Shown here in pieces: positions 55,602 through 64,000 of a DNA stretch of 64,000 nucleotides. The notes under the pieces are model-generated. The model made no database searches. It was not told the DNA's origin and saw nothing but the letters and a program-made list of their open reading frames with translations. Both the position numbers and the translations under genes were made by a program. Source of the DNA: Verrucomicrobiota bacterium (GTDB lineage Bacteria; Verrucomicrobiota; Verrucomicrobiia; Opitutales; Oceanipulchritudinaceae); the NCBI GenBank assembly GCA_033762955.1, contig JANRLC010000048.1:1-64000 (forward strand), in the 5' to 3' direction. Within the stretch, counting starts at the first letter, position 1. Every line of letters begins with the position of its first letter.

Positions 55602-57113
55602 TTACTCAAGCGTGATATTCCGCCGCTCGAGTGTGAGGCCGAGTTGACGGTCGTATTCCGCGATGGCCTTCGCATAGTCCGCAATGGCATCGGCTTGAAG
55701 AATCTCGGCAGAGGACACGTCCTGCTGCACGCGGAGGACGACGAAGGTCGTACTGGTGCCTGCACGGAGTTTCTTCTCCTCAGCGGTGAGGGACTGGCGG
55801 GCAAGATTCACGGCCTTCTGCGCGGCTTGCAGGCGCTGCCAGCCCGTGGAGAGGCGAAGCGCAGCGTCTTCGAGGTTCAATCGCACCGTCTGCTCGAGGC
55901 GCTTAAGCTGGAGGTCAGCCTGGTTCCGGCGCATGTAGGAGATGGCCTTGCGCGAGGCTCTATCGCGATTCGGAATCGGCACGCTCAACACAGCACCGGC
56001 GGAGTAAGCCTGGGTGCGGTTCCGCCCGAGGTCGTCAAAGCTGCCATGAAAAGAATCGCTCTGTCCGCGCCACCCATAACTGCCCACGAGGTCCAGTTGC
56101 GGGAGCATCCCATTGCGGTCGCGGGAGAGTTCGAGTTCCTTGCTTTCGAGCGAGAGCTTGGCCTGCCTGTAATCCGGTCGATTCTCCAATGCCCTGGGGA
56201 AATCGCTGCCTGCATCAACGGAAACTTCGGTGCCTGCCTTCGGTGCTTCCACAACAATACCGGGACCAATCAAGGTTCCCGCCTGGTCTGAAATCAAGTC
56301 CGCCAGGGCAAGCTCGGCCTGGCGCTTCTGACGACGCGCGTTGATCACATTTTCTTCGCGCAACGCGAGTTCGGACTCAGCCAAGACAACATCGAGTGGC
56401 GCAATCGCACCCGTGTCCGAGCGGAAGCGGTTGTCCTCAAGAAGCTGTGCTGCGAGGTCGCGGCTACGTTGGGCTACATCGAGATTTCTGCTGGCAAAGA
56501 AGTAGTTATTGTAGGCGTAGACGGTGTTTGTCACCACATCGATCACCGTCTGACGGAACCCTTCGTCCGCGCTCTGCGCCCCACGCCGGGCAATCCGCAC
56601 CTTCGCCAGTGAGCCCCCGCCGAAGCCCCGTAGGAGGGGCTGCGTCAACGTAAGTCCGGCGAAGGAATTGATCGCATTGGCATCGTCGAAGTTGTTGCGG
56701 TTCGTGCGCGTATCGTAGGCATCGAGTGCGATGGCATACTGCGTACCGAGCCAGGGGACCTTGCCCTCAATCCCGCTGGAGAAATCATCCTGTCGATACT
56801 CCAGTGCAGGAAATTGCGCCTGGTAATTGTCATCCTTGGTGAACGTGTAACGCGTCGTGAACGCGGGATCATACTCGCCCCAGGCACCACGGAGTTCCTG
56901 TGCTGCGATCAACGGTGAGAAGCGCTCTATCGCGATGCTGAAGTTACGCGACAGTGCGCGCTGTACGGCCTCATCTTGATTGAGATGCAGCGGCTCCGGC
57001 TGCGCACTGACCTGCGTGCCCGCTGCCAGCGAGGCGATGAGCACACACACTACTGCCCGGAAGTGGCGTTTGATTGGTAGGCACGCTGGCGCGGATTCAT
57101 CAAGATGTCTCAT
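55602..57113 (-). CDS. TolC-family outer-membrane efflux protein
   Basis: Signal peptide plus two outer-membrane-efflux-protein repeats; 503 aa. Confidence 0.7.
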   Translation of the reverse strand: MRHLDESAPACLPIKRHFRAVVCVLIASLAAGTQVSAQPEPLHLNQDEAVQRALSRNFSIAIERFSPLIAAQELRGAWGEYDPAFTTRYTFTKDDNYQAQFPALEYRQDDFSSGIEGKVPWLGTQYAIALDAYDTRTNRNNFDDANAINSFAGLTLTQPLLRGFGGGSLAKVRIARRGAQSADEGFRQTVIDVVTNTVYAYNNYFFASRNLDVAQRSRDLAAQLLEDNRFRSDTGAIAPLDVVLAESELALREENVINARRQKRQAELALADLISDQAGTLIGPGIVVEAPKAGTEVSVDAGSDFPRALENRPDYRQAKLSLESKELELSRDRNGMLPQLDLVGSYGWRGQSDSFHGSFDDLGRNRTQAYSAGAVLSVPIPNRDRASRKAISYMRRNQADLQLKRLEQTVRLNLEDAALRLSTGWQRLQAAQKAVNLARQSLTAEEKKLRAGTSTTFVVLRVQQDVSSAEILQADAIADYAKAIAEYDRQLGLTLERRNITLE

Positions 57114-57156
57114 TCTGTAGTGTATTTAAGATGCAATTAAATCATAAACACCAGCC

Positions 57157-59643
57157 CTAGTCCGGGCGCAGTGCCTGCATGGGGTGCGTGCGCGAGGCCT
57201 TGATTGCTGGCCGCAAGCACGCGAGGAACGCCACGCCCGTGAGTGCCATCACCACGAGAATATAAGTGGCCGGGTCTGTGGGCTTCACATCGAAAAGCAG
57301 TTGGGCGATGAAGCGCGACATCAGCAGAGCCAGCGTCAGCGTCGTGCCGATACCCACGACGAGACCTATTCCAGCCTGGATGGCACCCTGGCGGAAGATA
57401 AGCTCGGCTATCTGGCGCGAGCGCGCTCCGAGTGCGAGTCGTATGCCAAACTCCTGCTTGCGCTGATTCACGGAGAAGCTCATGACGCCATAGATTCCGA
57501 TTGCCGCCAGAAATACTGCCACAGTCCCGAAGATGCCGAAACTACTCGCGAGGAAGCGCGACTGCGCGAGGTCCTCATCAAGCAACACCGCTGGCGTAGT
57601 CACCCAGTAGAGCGGAAGGTTCGGGTCGTACTTGCGAACATGCTCGCGGAGCACTTCACCCATTGCAAGGATGGGGCCACCGCGCGGCTTGGCCGCTATG
57701 GTCATAAACATCGGGGCGTTATCCGGAGTCAATGGCTCGAAAAACGCAGTGCCCTCGCCTGGGTCATTGTTCTGCCAGAGGGGGCTGATCTTCATGTCCT
57801 TAACCACACCGATAACCGTGACCCAATCCGGCGCCACCGCGCCTGGAGCATTTCCGCTCTGCTGCACGCGGCGCTTGAAGCGCTTGCCAATCGGGTCCTC
57901 GTTCGGCCAGTGTTTGCGGGCGAACTTCTCAGTCACAATAGTGACGGGATTCTTCTGGGTTATATCACTCGCCATGAAATCGCGCCCAGAGAGGAGTTTG
58001 ATGCTGTTCAGATTAAAGTATTCATAGGATACCACCTCGCCCCAGGAGAAGGGGTAGTCCGTGTCCTTCTCGAAGGGTTTGGCGCCTTCTATCTCAAGAC
58101 GTGTACCATTCGCCCCCCAGAAGCGGATGCGTGCACTTGTCGCAGCCTCGGCTACGCGCGGATCCTGTTTCAGGCTGTCAGTCACATTGCGGAAGAACTT
58201 GTAGCGATCCTCACCCTTCGGGTAGTCCGCCTGAAACAACCCCGCCCGGGCCACACAGTAACTGTTTAGATCGTAGCCGAAATCACTGGCCGACTGGTTC
58301 TGGAGGCTGCGAATCATGAGCCCGGAACCCACCAGCACGAGGCAACTGAAGGCAATCTGTGCAACAACCATTATTTTGGTGAGCTTCCCCATGTGCACAC
58401 TGGAGCCCGTGCGCGTGTTATCCTTGAGGATTTCATTAATATCGGTCTTCGAAGACTTTAGGGCGGGCATGAGACCGGAAAGAATACCACACAGCAGGGT
58501 CAACCCGGTAACAATGCCGAGTATGCGCCAGTCGATGGAGAAGTCCCACCACTGCGGCAGGAAGAGCGCCTCGGCGCGAGCCTTGATGGCCTCAATCCCG
58601 AAGTGGGCTATCCCCATACCCAGAAGGGCCCCCACGCCAGCCATCACTACACTCTCAGTTAATATCTGCACGACCAGGCGACTGCGGGATGCGCCAAGGG
58701 CACTGCGGATCGCGAGTTCGCGACTGCGTGCGGCGATACGGGCAAGCTGTAGATTGGCCACGTTGGCACAGGCAATCAGCATCACGAAGACTACCGCCGC
58801 GAGCATGAAGTACAGGCGGTCGCGCACCCAGTCCGGTGTCTGTTCGCGGATAAGAGGACGGACTTCACCGGCAGTGTATCCCTTGTTAGTCTCGGGATAT
58901 TCCTGTGCCAGTTGATTGGCGATGATACTCAATTCAGCCGTGGCCTGCTCGTAGGTCACCCCAGGCTTTAGACGACCGTAGCAATTGAGATCAAACCCCT
59001 CGCCGCGCTTGAGCTGCAACCAGTTAAGCTGCGAAGCGAGCGGAATCCAGAGTTCATTGCGGTCGGGATAAGCGAAGCCTTCTGGCATTACACCGATGAT
59101 TGTACCGAGCATGCCATTGACGCGTGCCGGCTTGCCGATGACAGCCACATCCCCGTCGAACTGGTTCTTCCAGGTATGGTAGCCCAACAGGATAACCGGG
59201 GGCTTCCCGGGCTGGTCGTCCGCTTCTGTCATGGCTTGCCCGATAATCGGCTGTACACCGAGAATCTTCGTGAAGTTCCAGGTCACGCGTCCCCCGTTCA
59301 AGCGATAGGCCTGGCCCTCGTAGCTGAGGTTAATCGTACCGTCGAACCCAGCGCCGATATCCTCAAAGGAAGTGGCCTGCTTGCGCACATCCATATAGGA
59401 ATGCACAGACAGATTGTTGTTTTGGTTCTCCTCAGCGGCATGGGGATTGAGTTGGCGCACACTGACTAGCCTATCCTGCTCGGGATACGGCAGCCCCTTT
59501 AGGATGGCTGCGTTGATCAAGCTGAACTGTGTGGTTACGCCACCGATGCCTAGGGCAAGGGCGAGCACCGCGAGGATGGAGTAGCCGGGGTTCTTCGCCA
59601 GCAGGCGCAGTCCGTGTTTGATATCGCTTATAATGAGTTCCAT
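57157..59643 (-). CDS. ADOP-type ABC transporter permease
   Basis: 828 aa with duplicated FtsX domains (ACANVANLQLARIAARSRELAIRSALGASR ... GIRLALGARS). Confidence 0.75.
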   Translation of the reverse strand: MELIISDIKHGLRLLAKNPGYSILAVLALALGIGGVTTQFSLINAAILKGLPYPEQDRLVSVRQLNPHAAEENQNNNLSVHSYMDVRKQATSFEDIGAGFDGTINLSYEGQAYRLNGGRVTWNFTKILGVQPIIGQAMTEADDQPGKPPVILLGYHTWKNQFDGDVAVIGKPARVNGMLGTIIGVMPEGFAYPDRNELWIPLASQLNWLQLKRGEGFDLNCYGRLKPGVTYEQATAELSIIANQLAQEYPETNKGYTAGEVRPLIREQTPDWVRDRLYFMLAAVVFVMLIACANVANLQLARIAARSRELAIRSALGASRSRLVVQILTESVVMAGVGALLGMGIAHFGIEAIKARAEALFLPQWWDFSIDWRILGIVTGLTLLCGILSGLMPALKSSKTDINEILKDNTRTGSSVHMGKLTKIMVVAQIAFSCLVLVGSGLMIRSLQNQSASDFGYDLNSYCVARAGLFQADYPKGEDRYKFFRNVTDSLKQDPRVAEAATSARIRFWGANGTRLEIEGAKPFEKDTDYPFSWGEVVSYEYFNLNSIKLLSGRDFMASDITQKNPVTIVTEKFARKHWPNEDPIGKRFKRRVQQSGNAPGAVAPDWVTVIGVVKDMKISPLWQNNDPGEGTAFFEPLTPDNAPMFMTIAAKPRGGPILAMGEVLREHVRKYDPNLPLYWVTTPAVLLDEDLAQSRFLASSFGIFGTVAVFLAAIGIYGVMSFSVNQRKQEFGIRLALGARSRQIAELIFRQGAIQAGIGLVVGIGTTLTLALLMSRFIAQLLFDVKPTDPATYILVVMALTGVAFLACLRPAIKASRTHPMQALRPD

Positions 59644-59703
59644 GGTGAGAGTCTCCGCTTGATGATTCGTTGAACAGACAGGTTTGCAGACTGTAGAGGA
59701 CAG

Positions 59704-62307
59704 TTATTCGTACCGAAGGGTATCCGTGGGATGAATTCGCACGGCGCGGCGCAGCGGCATGAAGCAGCTCAGCATCGCAATAAAAGTAAGTAGTATCACA
59801 ACAGTGATAAAAGTAGGCGGGTCGATAGGCTTTACGCCATACAGCGAATCCGTCAGCCGTTGCACAGCGAAGATCGCGGCGATCTCGCCTGCTATGAGCC
59901 CGGCCACGAGCTGCCAGAACCCCTGCCAGAGGATAAGCCGCGCTATGGCGGAGCGTCTGGCCCCCAGAGCGAGGCGGATGCCAAACTCGCGGCGACGCTG
60001 GTTCACCGCAAAGTTCATAACCCCGTAGATGCCAATGGCGCAGAGGAAGATGGAGACCATGCCGTACAGATGGAGCGTGCCCGCCATGATACGGTAGGGC
60101 AAAGTGGTTTCAAAGAAGAAGCGATCCATGGTCTTCACGAAGTATACCGGCAGATTCGGGTCCAACCGAAGCACTTGCTTGCTGATAGCTCCGGTCATCA
60201 CCATAGGCTCGATATTGCGCACCCTCACTACAAGAGTCATAAACCGGTCCAGCCCCTGTGCCATCGGTGTATAAATGTAGAAGCTGCCTTCCTCCTCGTT
60301 TTTGGAAAAGCTCCCAGTGTTGATATCAGAGACCACACCTACAATCTTTAGCACAGGCGGTTCGGACTCAATGCTCTCGCCCTTCCCCTTAATCACCCGC
60401 AAGGTGTGCCCAAGGGCACTGCCGTCAGCCCAGTGGCGACGGGCGAAAGATTCACTCACAATCGCGACCGATTCGGAACCCTTGACATCCTGCGCACTGA
60501 AGTTTCGCCCCGCCAGTAACTGTGCGCCGAAGGTGTCAAAATACGAAGGAGACACCGTCTCAAATCTAGCCTCAAGGTTCTTCCAGTTTCCCGTGTCAGC
60601 TACGGTGCCGCCGTCGCCAGCCTGGGGCGTGGGAGACGCAGGGGCGACGGCGGCTGTGGTCGTGTCTGGTTGCAGCGTGTAGTGCAGTTGGGAAGAACCG
60701 TACATGGAAATCCACGAGGTGGCTGCAGCTCCTGCAACCCCGGGAATCTCTCGCACGTTTGTCTGAAGCTTCTCCCAGAATACGAGGCGTGCTTCCATGG
60801 TGGGATAGTCCTCCTCGAAGAGCCCGATGCGCATCGTCAGCATCTCCTCTGGCTTGAATCCCGGGTTAACTTTGTTCAGTTTTAAAACAGTTTGAAGGGT
60901 AAGGCCGGCACCTATCAACAGCACGAAAGAAAACGCTATCTGAACGACCACGAGCACTCTGCTAAAGCGGCTGAGCCTCCAGTCTGTGGACGTTCGGCTG
61001 GAGACCTTGAGCTGCTCATTGATGTTTATTCGAGTGGCGTTCCATGCTGGGATAAACCCGGCGAGGAGTGCCGTAAGTCCAGTCGTCGCAGCGACAAAGA
61101 GCCCCACGCGCCAGTCGAGATTGAAGTTTACCCAAAATGGTTTGTCTATCAATTCTGCGGTCTTCCACATCACGTCTATCAACCAGAGTGCGATAATCAT
61201 GCCGCCAATGGTCCCGAGGATGGCAAGCAGCAGGCTCTCGGCCAATAACTGGCGAATGAGTTGCCAGCGGGTGGCCCCCAGTGCAGAGCGAATCGAGAGT
61301 TCCTTGCCCCGTGAGGCGGAGCGTGCGAGGAGAAGATTTGCCACATTCGCACAGGCTATGAGCAGTACGATACTCACCGCAGCCATCAGCGTCCAGAGCC
61401 AGTTGGCAGGACCGCCATGGGTGGCTTCTTCCATCACCGGCTTGAGGGTTAGTGTCGTGTCCTTGTAGGTTTCGGGGTGTTCCTTTTGCAGGTATTTCAC
61501 CAACGCATCGAGCGACTGGGTCGCGTCGGTCTGTGCAATATCACTGCGCAGACGGCCTTCAATGCGCAGCCAGTTGCCCTCGCCTTTGGATAACTCCTCT
61601 GGTTTCTGACGGATGAGGACCCATACGTCTTCTGTAGCCGGGTAGTGAAACCCCTCCGGCACAATCCCGGTGATGTATGCCTTCTGCCCATTGATACGGA
61701 CTTCCTTGCCAATGAGGTTCGGGTCGCCCCGGAAGAGTTGTTGCCAGAGGCGATGCGAAACAATCACCGGGTTGTAGTCCGGCTGCATCCATCGCGCCGC
61801 ATCGAAGTCTTCCCCATGCTCGGGTGGGAGCATGACCATTCGAAAGAAGTCCGGGGTAACATACGCTCCATTTACCCGTTGGGGGCCAGTGCTTCCGGAG
61901 AGGTTCACGGTGCCCTTGTAGAAGCCCGCCATGTCGCTGAAGCATTTCTGCCGGTCACGGATTAGCTGGTAATCGCGCAGCGGGTAAAACGATGACTCTT
62001 CCGTATAGCTATTGTCGCTGCCTACTCGTGCCAGCGTGCGCATCTCTCCAAGCCCCTTGATATCCGGCGTCTTGTAGAGGGCTCCATTGAGCACACTAAA
62101 CATTGCAGTACTCAGCCCCGTACCGAGCGCAATCGCCAGCACCGCCAGCATTGCCGTGCCGGGACGTTGCGCTACGAAGCGGAACGCATCCAGCAGGCAC
62201 ATGGGCAACGAGGAGCAAGGGAACAATACCTGCGACCGACGTGGGATATCCTTCTTGCTGGGGATATCCGCGTACGGATCGGAAGACTTGTTGCCTTTGT
62301 GTATCAT
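59704..62307 (-). CDS. ADOP-type ABC transporter permease
   Basis: 867 aa with duplicated FtsX domains. Confidence 0.75.
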   Translation of the reverse strand: MIHKGNKSSDPYADIPSKKDIPRRSQVLFPCSSLPMCLLDAFRFVAQRPGTAMLAVLAIALGTGLSTAMFSVLNGALYKTPDIKGLGEMRTLARVGSDNSYTEESSFYPLRDYQLIRDRQKCFSDMAGFYKGTVNLSGSTGPQRVNGAYVTPDFFRMVMLPPEHGEDFDAARWMQPDYNPVIVSHRLWQQLFRGDPNLIGKEVRINGQKAYITGIVPEGFHYPATEDVWVLIRQKPEELSKGEGNWLRIEGRLRSDIAQTDATQSLDALVKYLQKEHPETYKDTTLTLKPVMEEATHGGPANWLWTLMAAVSIVLLIACANVANLLLARSASRGKELSIRSALGATRWQLIRQLLAESLLLAILGTIGGMIIALWLIDVMWKTAELIDKPFWVNFNLDWRVGLFVAATTGLTALLAGFIPAWNATRININEQLKVSSRTSTDWRLSRFSRVLVVVQIAFSFVLLIGAGLTLQTVLKLNKVNPGFKPEEMLTMRIGLFEEDYPTMEARLVFWEKLQTNVREIPGVAGAAATSWISMYGSSQLHYTLQPDTTTAAVAPASPTPQAGDGGTVADTGNWKNLEARFETVSPSYFDTFGAQLLAGRNFSAQDVKGSESVAIVSESFARRHWADGSALGHTLRVIKGKGESIESEPPVLKIVGVVSDINTGSFSKNEEEGSFYIYTPMAQGLDRFMTLVVRVRNIEPMVMTGAISKQVLRLDPNLPVYFVKTMDRFFFETTLPYRIMAGTLHLYGMVSIFLCAIGIYGVMNFAVNQRRREFGIRLALGARRSAIARLILWQGFWQLVAGLIAGEIAAIFAVQRLTDSLYGVKPIDPPTFITVVILLTFIAMLSCFMPLRRAVRIHPTDTLRYE

Positions 62308-62346
62308 AGCCTTGTTGTGTCGCCAAAGACCCGGCCTGTCTCTCCA

Positions 62347-63057
62347 TTACATACTCTTCTTATCGTTCTTAATTTCATCCACTATCTTACCGTCGAAGAG
62401 ATGGATGATACGGTGCGCACAGTGGGCGTAGCGGTCGTCGTGGGTCACCATGCAGATGGTGGAGCCTTCCTGATTGAGGGCTTCGAGCATCTCCATGACT
62501 GCGCCACCGTTCTTGGAGTCGAGGTTACCCGTGGGTTCGTCCGCGAGGAGAATCTGAGGGTCACCGGCCAGGGCACGGGCCACCGCTACACGCTGTTGCT
62601 GACCGCCAGAGAGCTGGCTGGGCAGGTGGTTCTTGCGGTGAATCATCTGTACTTTCTCCAACGCGGCCACGGCCTTCTCGCGTCGCTCCGAGGGGCGCAG
62701 ACCACGGTAGGCTAGCGGTAGCTCCACATTCTCCAGCACAGAGAGATCGCCGATCAAATTAAACGACTGAAAGATGAAGCCGATCTCACGGTTGCGAATC
62801 CGTGCCCGTTGCTCCAGAGTCAAGTTGGCCACTTCCTGGTTATTCAGCGCGTAGCGCCCATCCGAGGGTGCCTCAAGCAGCCCGAGTATGGAGAGCAGTG
62901 TGCTCTTGCCGCAACCCGAGGGTCCGGCGATGGAGACAAACTCCCCGCGCTGGATGTTCAAGTGGATGCCCGAAAGAGCATGCGTTTCAATCTCGTCCGT
63001 CAAGAAGACCTTCTTAATGCCATCGAGGACGATGAGGGGGGCGTTTCCGTTATTCAT
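62347..63057 (-). CDS. ABC transporter ATP-binding protein (MacB/LolD-like)
   Basis: Walker A GPSGCGKST, signature LSGGQQQRVAVARAL, and Walker B ILLADEPTGNLD. Confidence 0.85.
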   Translation of the reverse strand: MNNGNAPLIVLDGIKKVFLTDEIETHALSGIHLNIQRGEFVSIAGPSGCGKSTLLSILGLLEAPSDGRYALNNQEVANLTLEQRARIRNREIGFIFQSFNLIGDLSVLENVELPLAYRGLRPSERREKAVAALEKVQMIHRKNHLPSQLSGGQQQRVAVARALAGDPQILLADEPTGNLDSKNGGAVMEMLEALNQEGSTICMVTHDDRYAHCAHRIIHLFDGKIVDEIKNDKKSM

Positions 63058-63136
63058 GGGTGATGTGGATGAAGCTGGTATTGGTTACTGTTGCTAATTG
63101 GTAGTTGGAAAGAGAAGCGGTGCAGGAGACCCGCAC

Positions 63137-64000
63137 CTATTTTACTTGAATCCTCTCGAAGCGATCCCATTGCGTCGTGTCGCTAAGGATGACACGGTCG
63201 CCGACTGAGAGTCCGGATTTGACTTCGATCTCGGTGACGGAGCTGCGGCCAAAGGTCACCGATGTGCGCTCGGCGAGGTTGCTGCTCCCGCTCAGCCGGA
63301 AGATGGATACACTGCCATGCTCGCGGGCGAAGGCGGGGCGCCCTACGTAGAGCACATCCGCCAGGCTCTCCAGATCGATGCTGCCCTCGATAGTGAGGTC
63401 TGGCCGGGCACCGCGTGGGAGTTCGGCAGTGAGGCGTACGTCAACATTCACCGTTCCATTCTCCACCGTGGGGTCCACTCGCATAACTTCCCCGGTGATG
63501 GTCCCGTTGCGGGTGTCGATGAGTGCCTGCTGGCCGATCTGCACATCCTTCGCCTGCGTCTCCGGGACGCGGACGACGGCCTTCAATCGCGTGGGATTCG
63601 CCACCTGGGCGAGGTTCTGCCCGGCGGTTACCTGCTCGCCCTCGACAACGGGCAGGCGCTGCAAGATACCGCGGTCCACCGCGCGGACCTTGAGCTGCTC
63701 AACCTGGCCTTTAACCAGGTTGAAGCGTTCGCGCTCCTGCTGCACATTAACCTCGCGGGCGGCGAGTTGCTTGATGACCGCGTTCTCCTGCGAAGCGAGG
63801 CGGCGCTTCTCGATGGCGAGCTGGGCTTCCAGCCGTTCCGCCTGCAAGCGGGATTGTTTCAAAGTCAGCTCCGCCACCAGCCCCTCTTTATAGAGTGCTT
63901 CATTAACTTCGGCTTCGAGCTTCGCGCTCTTATAGTCTGCCTCAACACCGGCGATGGTGCTCTGAAGCTCCAGGACACGCCCTTGTAGCTCGGCCTCGAG
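63137..64000 (-). CDS. HlyD/MacA-family periplasmic adaptor, 5'-truncated by the window edge
   Basis: Coiled-coil plus beta-barrel adaptor sequence. The reading frame stays open to position 64000; the listed GTG at 63877 is not the true start. Confidence 0.65.
   Translation of the reverse strand, partial: LEAELQGRVLELQSTIAGVEADYKSAKLEAEVNEALYKEGLVAELTLKQSRLQAERLEAQLAIEKRRLASQENAVIKQLAAREVNVQQERERFNLVKGQVEQLKVRAVDRGILQRLPVVEGEQVTAGQNLAQVANPTRLKAVVRVPETQAKDVQIGQQALIDTRNGTITGEVMRVDPTVENGTVNVDVRLTAELPRGARPDLTIEGSIDLESLADVLYVGRPAFAREHGSVSIFRLSGSSNLAERTSVTFGRSSVTEIEVKSGLSVGDRVILSDTTQWDRFERIQVK

Noticed and set aside
63317-63988. Plus-strand ORFs 63317-63988 and 63378-63893.
   Set aside because: They are antisense to the HlyD-family adaptor gene, which carries the family features and stays open to the window edge.

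Overview
This 64-kb chromosomal window (about 55-58% GC overall) comes from a bacterium with a non-enteric gene repertoire: ADOP-type FtsX permeases, a four-helix-bundle protein and many GGCAGAAGG / AGATTCCAGATT intergenic simple repeats. The main feature is a complete sedentary chromosomal integron. A tyrosine recombinase carrying the integron-integrase-specific insertion (intI, 27996-28997, + strand) faces an attI region (about 27852-27990) and a low-GC array of at least seven small minus-strand cassette ORFs (about 22740-27850). The ORFs are separated by a homogeneous family of imperfect-palindrome attC sites whose top-strand form is GCCGAACG...AGCCACG...CGTTGGCTCTGGTGCC..GTTMGGC. A second, longer cassette array (about 42885-50350; 9-10 cassettes, same attC family, same orientation) ends at a second copy of the attI region (50352-50495). 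In that copy the intI gene is missing and simple-repeat DNA takes its place, so it is a CALIN-type array with an attI remnant. The two loci belong to a large diverged segmental duplication (about 20032-29900 and about 39628-51500) that also duplicated a pentapeptide-repeat gene, a four-helix-bundle/zinc-ribbon gene (reduced to a remnant in copy 2) and a composite repeat module lying immediately upstream of a GH42 beta-galactosidase gene (copy 1) or dnaE (copy 2). Cassette products are mostly nuclease-like or hypothetical (HNH, PD-(D/E)xK, T5orf172, HEPN-like), so the arrays are a plausible reservoir of new defence or toxin modules. Other features are three tRNAs (Glu-CTC, Leu-GAG, His-GTG) and three copies of a roughly 220-300-bp palindromic MITE-like element. 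Two of these copies, in inverted orientation, bracket tRNA-His plus a 72%-GC, evidently horizontally acquired GH36 alpha-galactosidase gene. The window also contains a phased TTTTACAA iteron-like array, an 87-bp tandem-repeat array, housekeeping genes (ribH-nusB, ftsY, lpxA, pdxA, infC, dnaE), a flotillin-like protein with four N-terminal tandem repeats, and a MacAB-like efflux locus (HlyD adaptor, ABC ATPase, two ADOP permeases, TolC).
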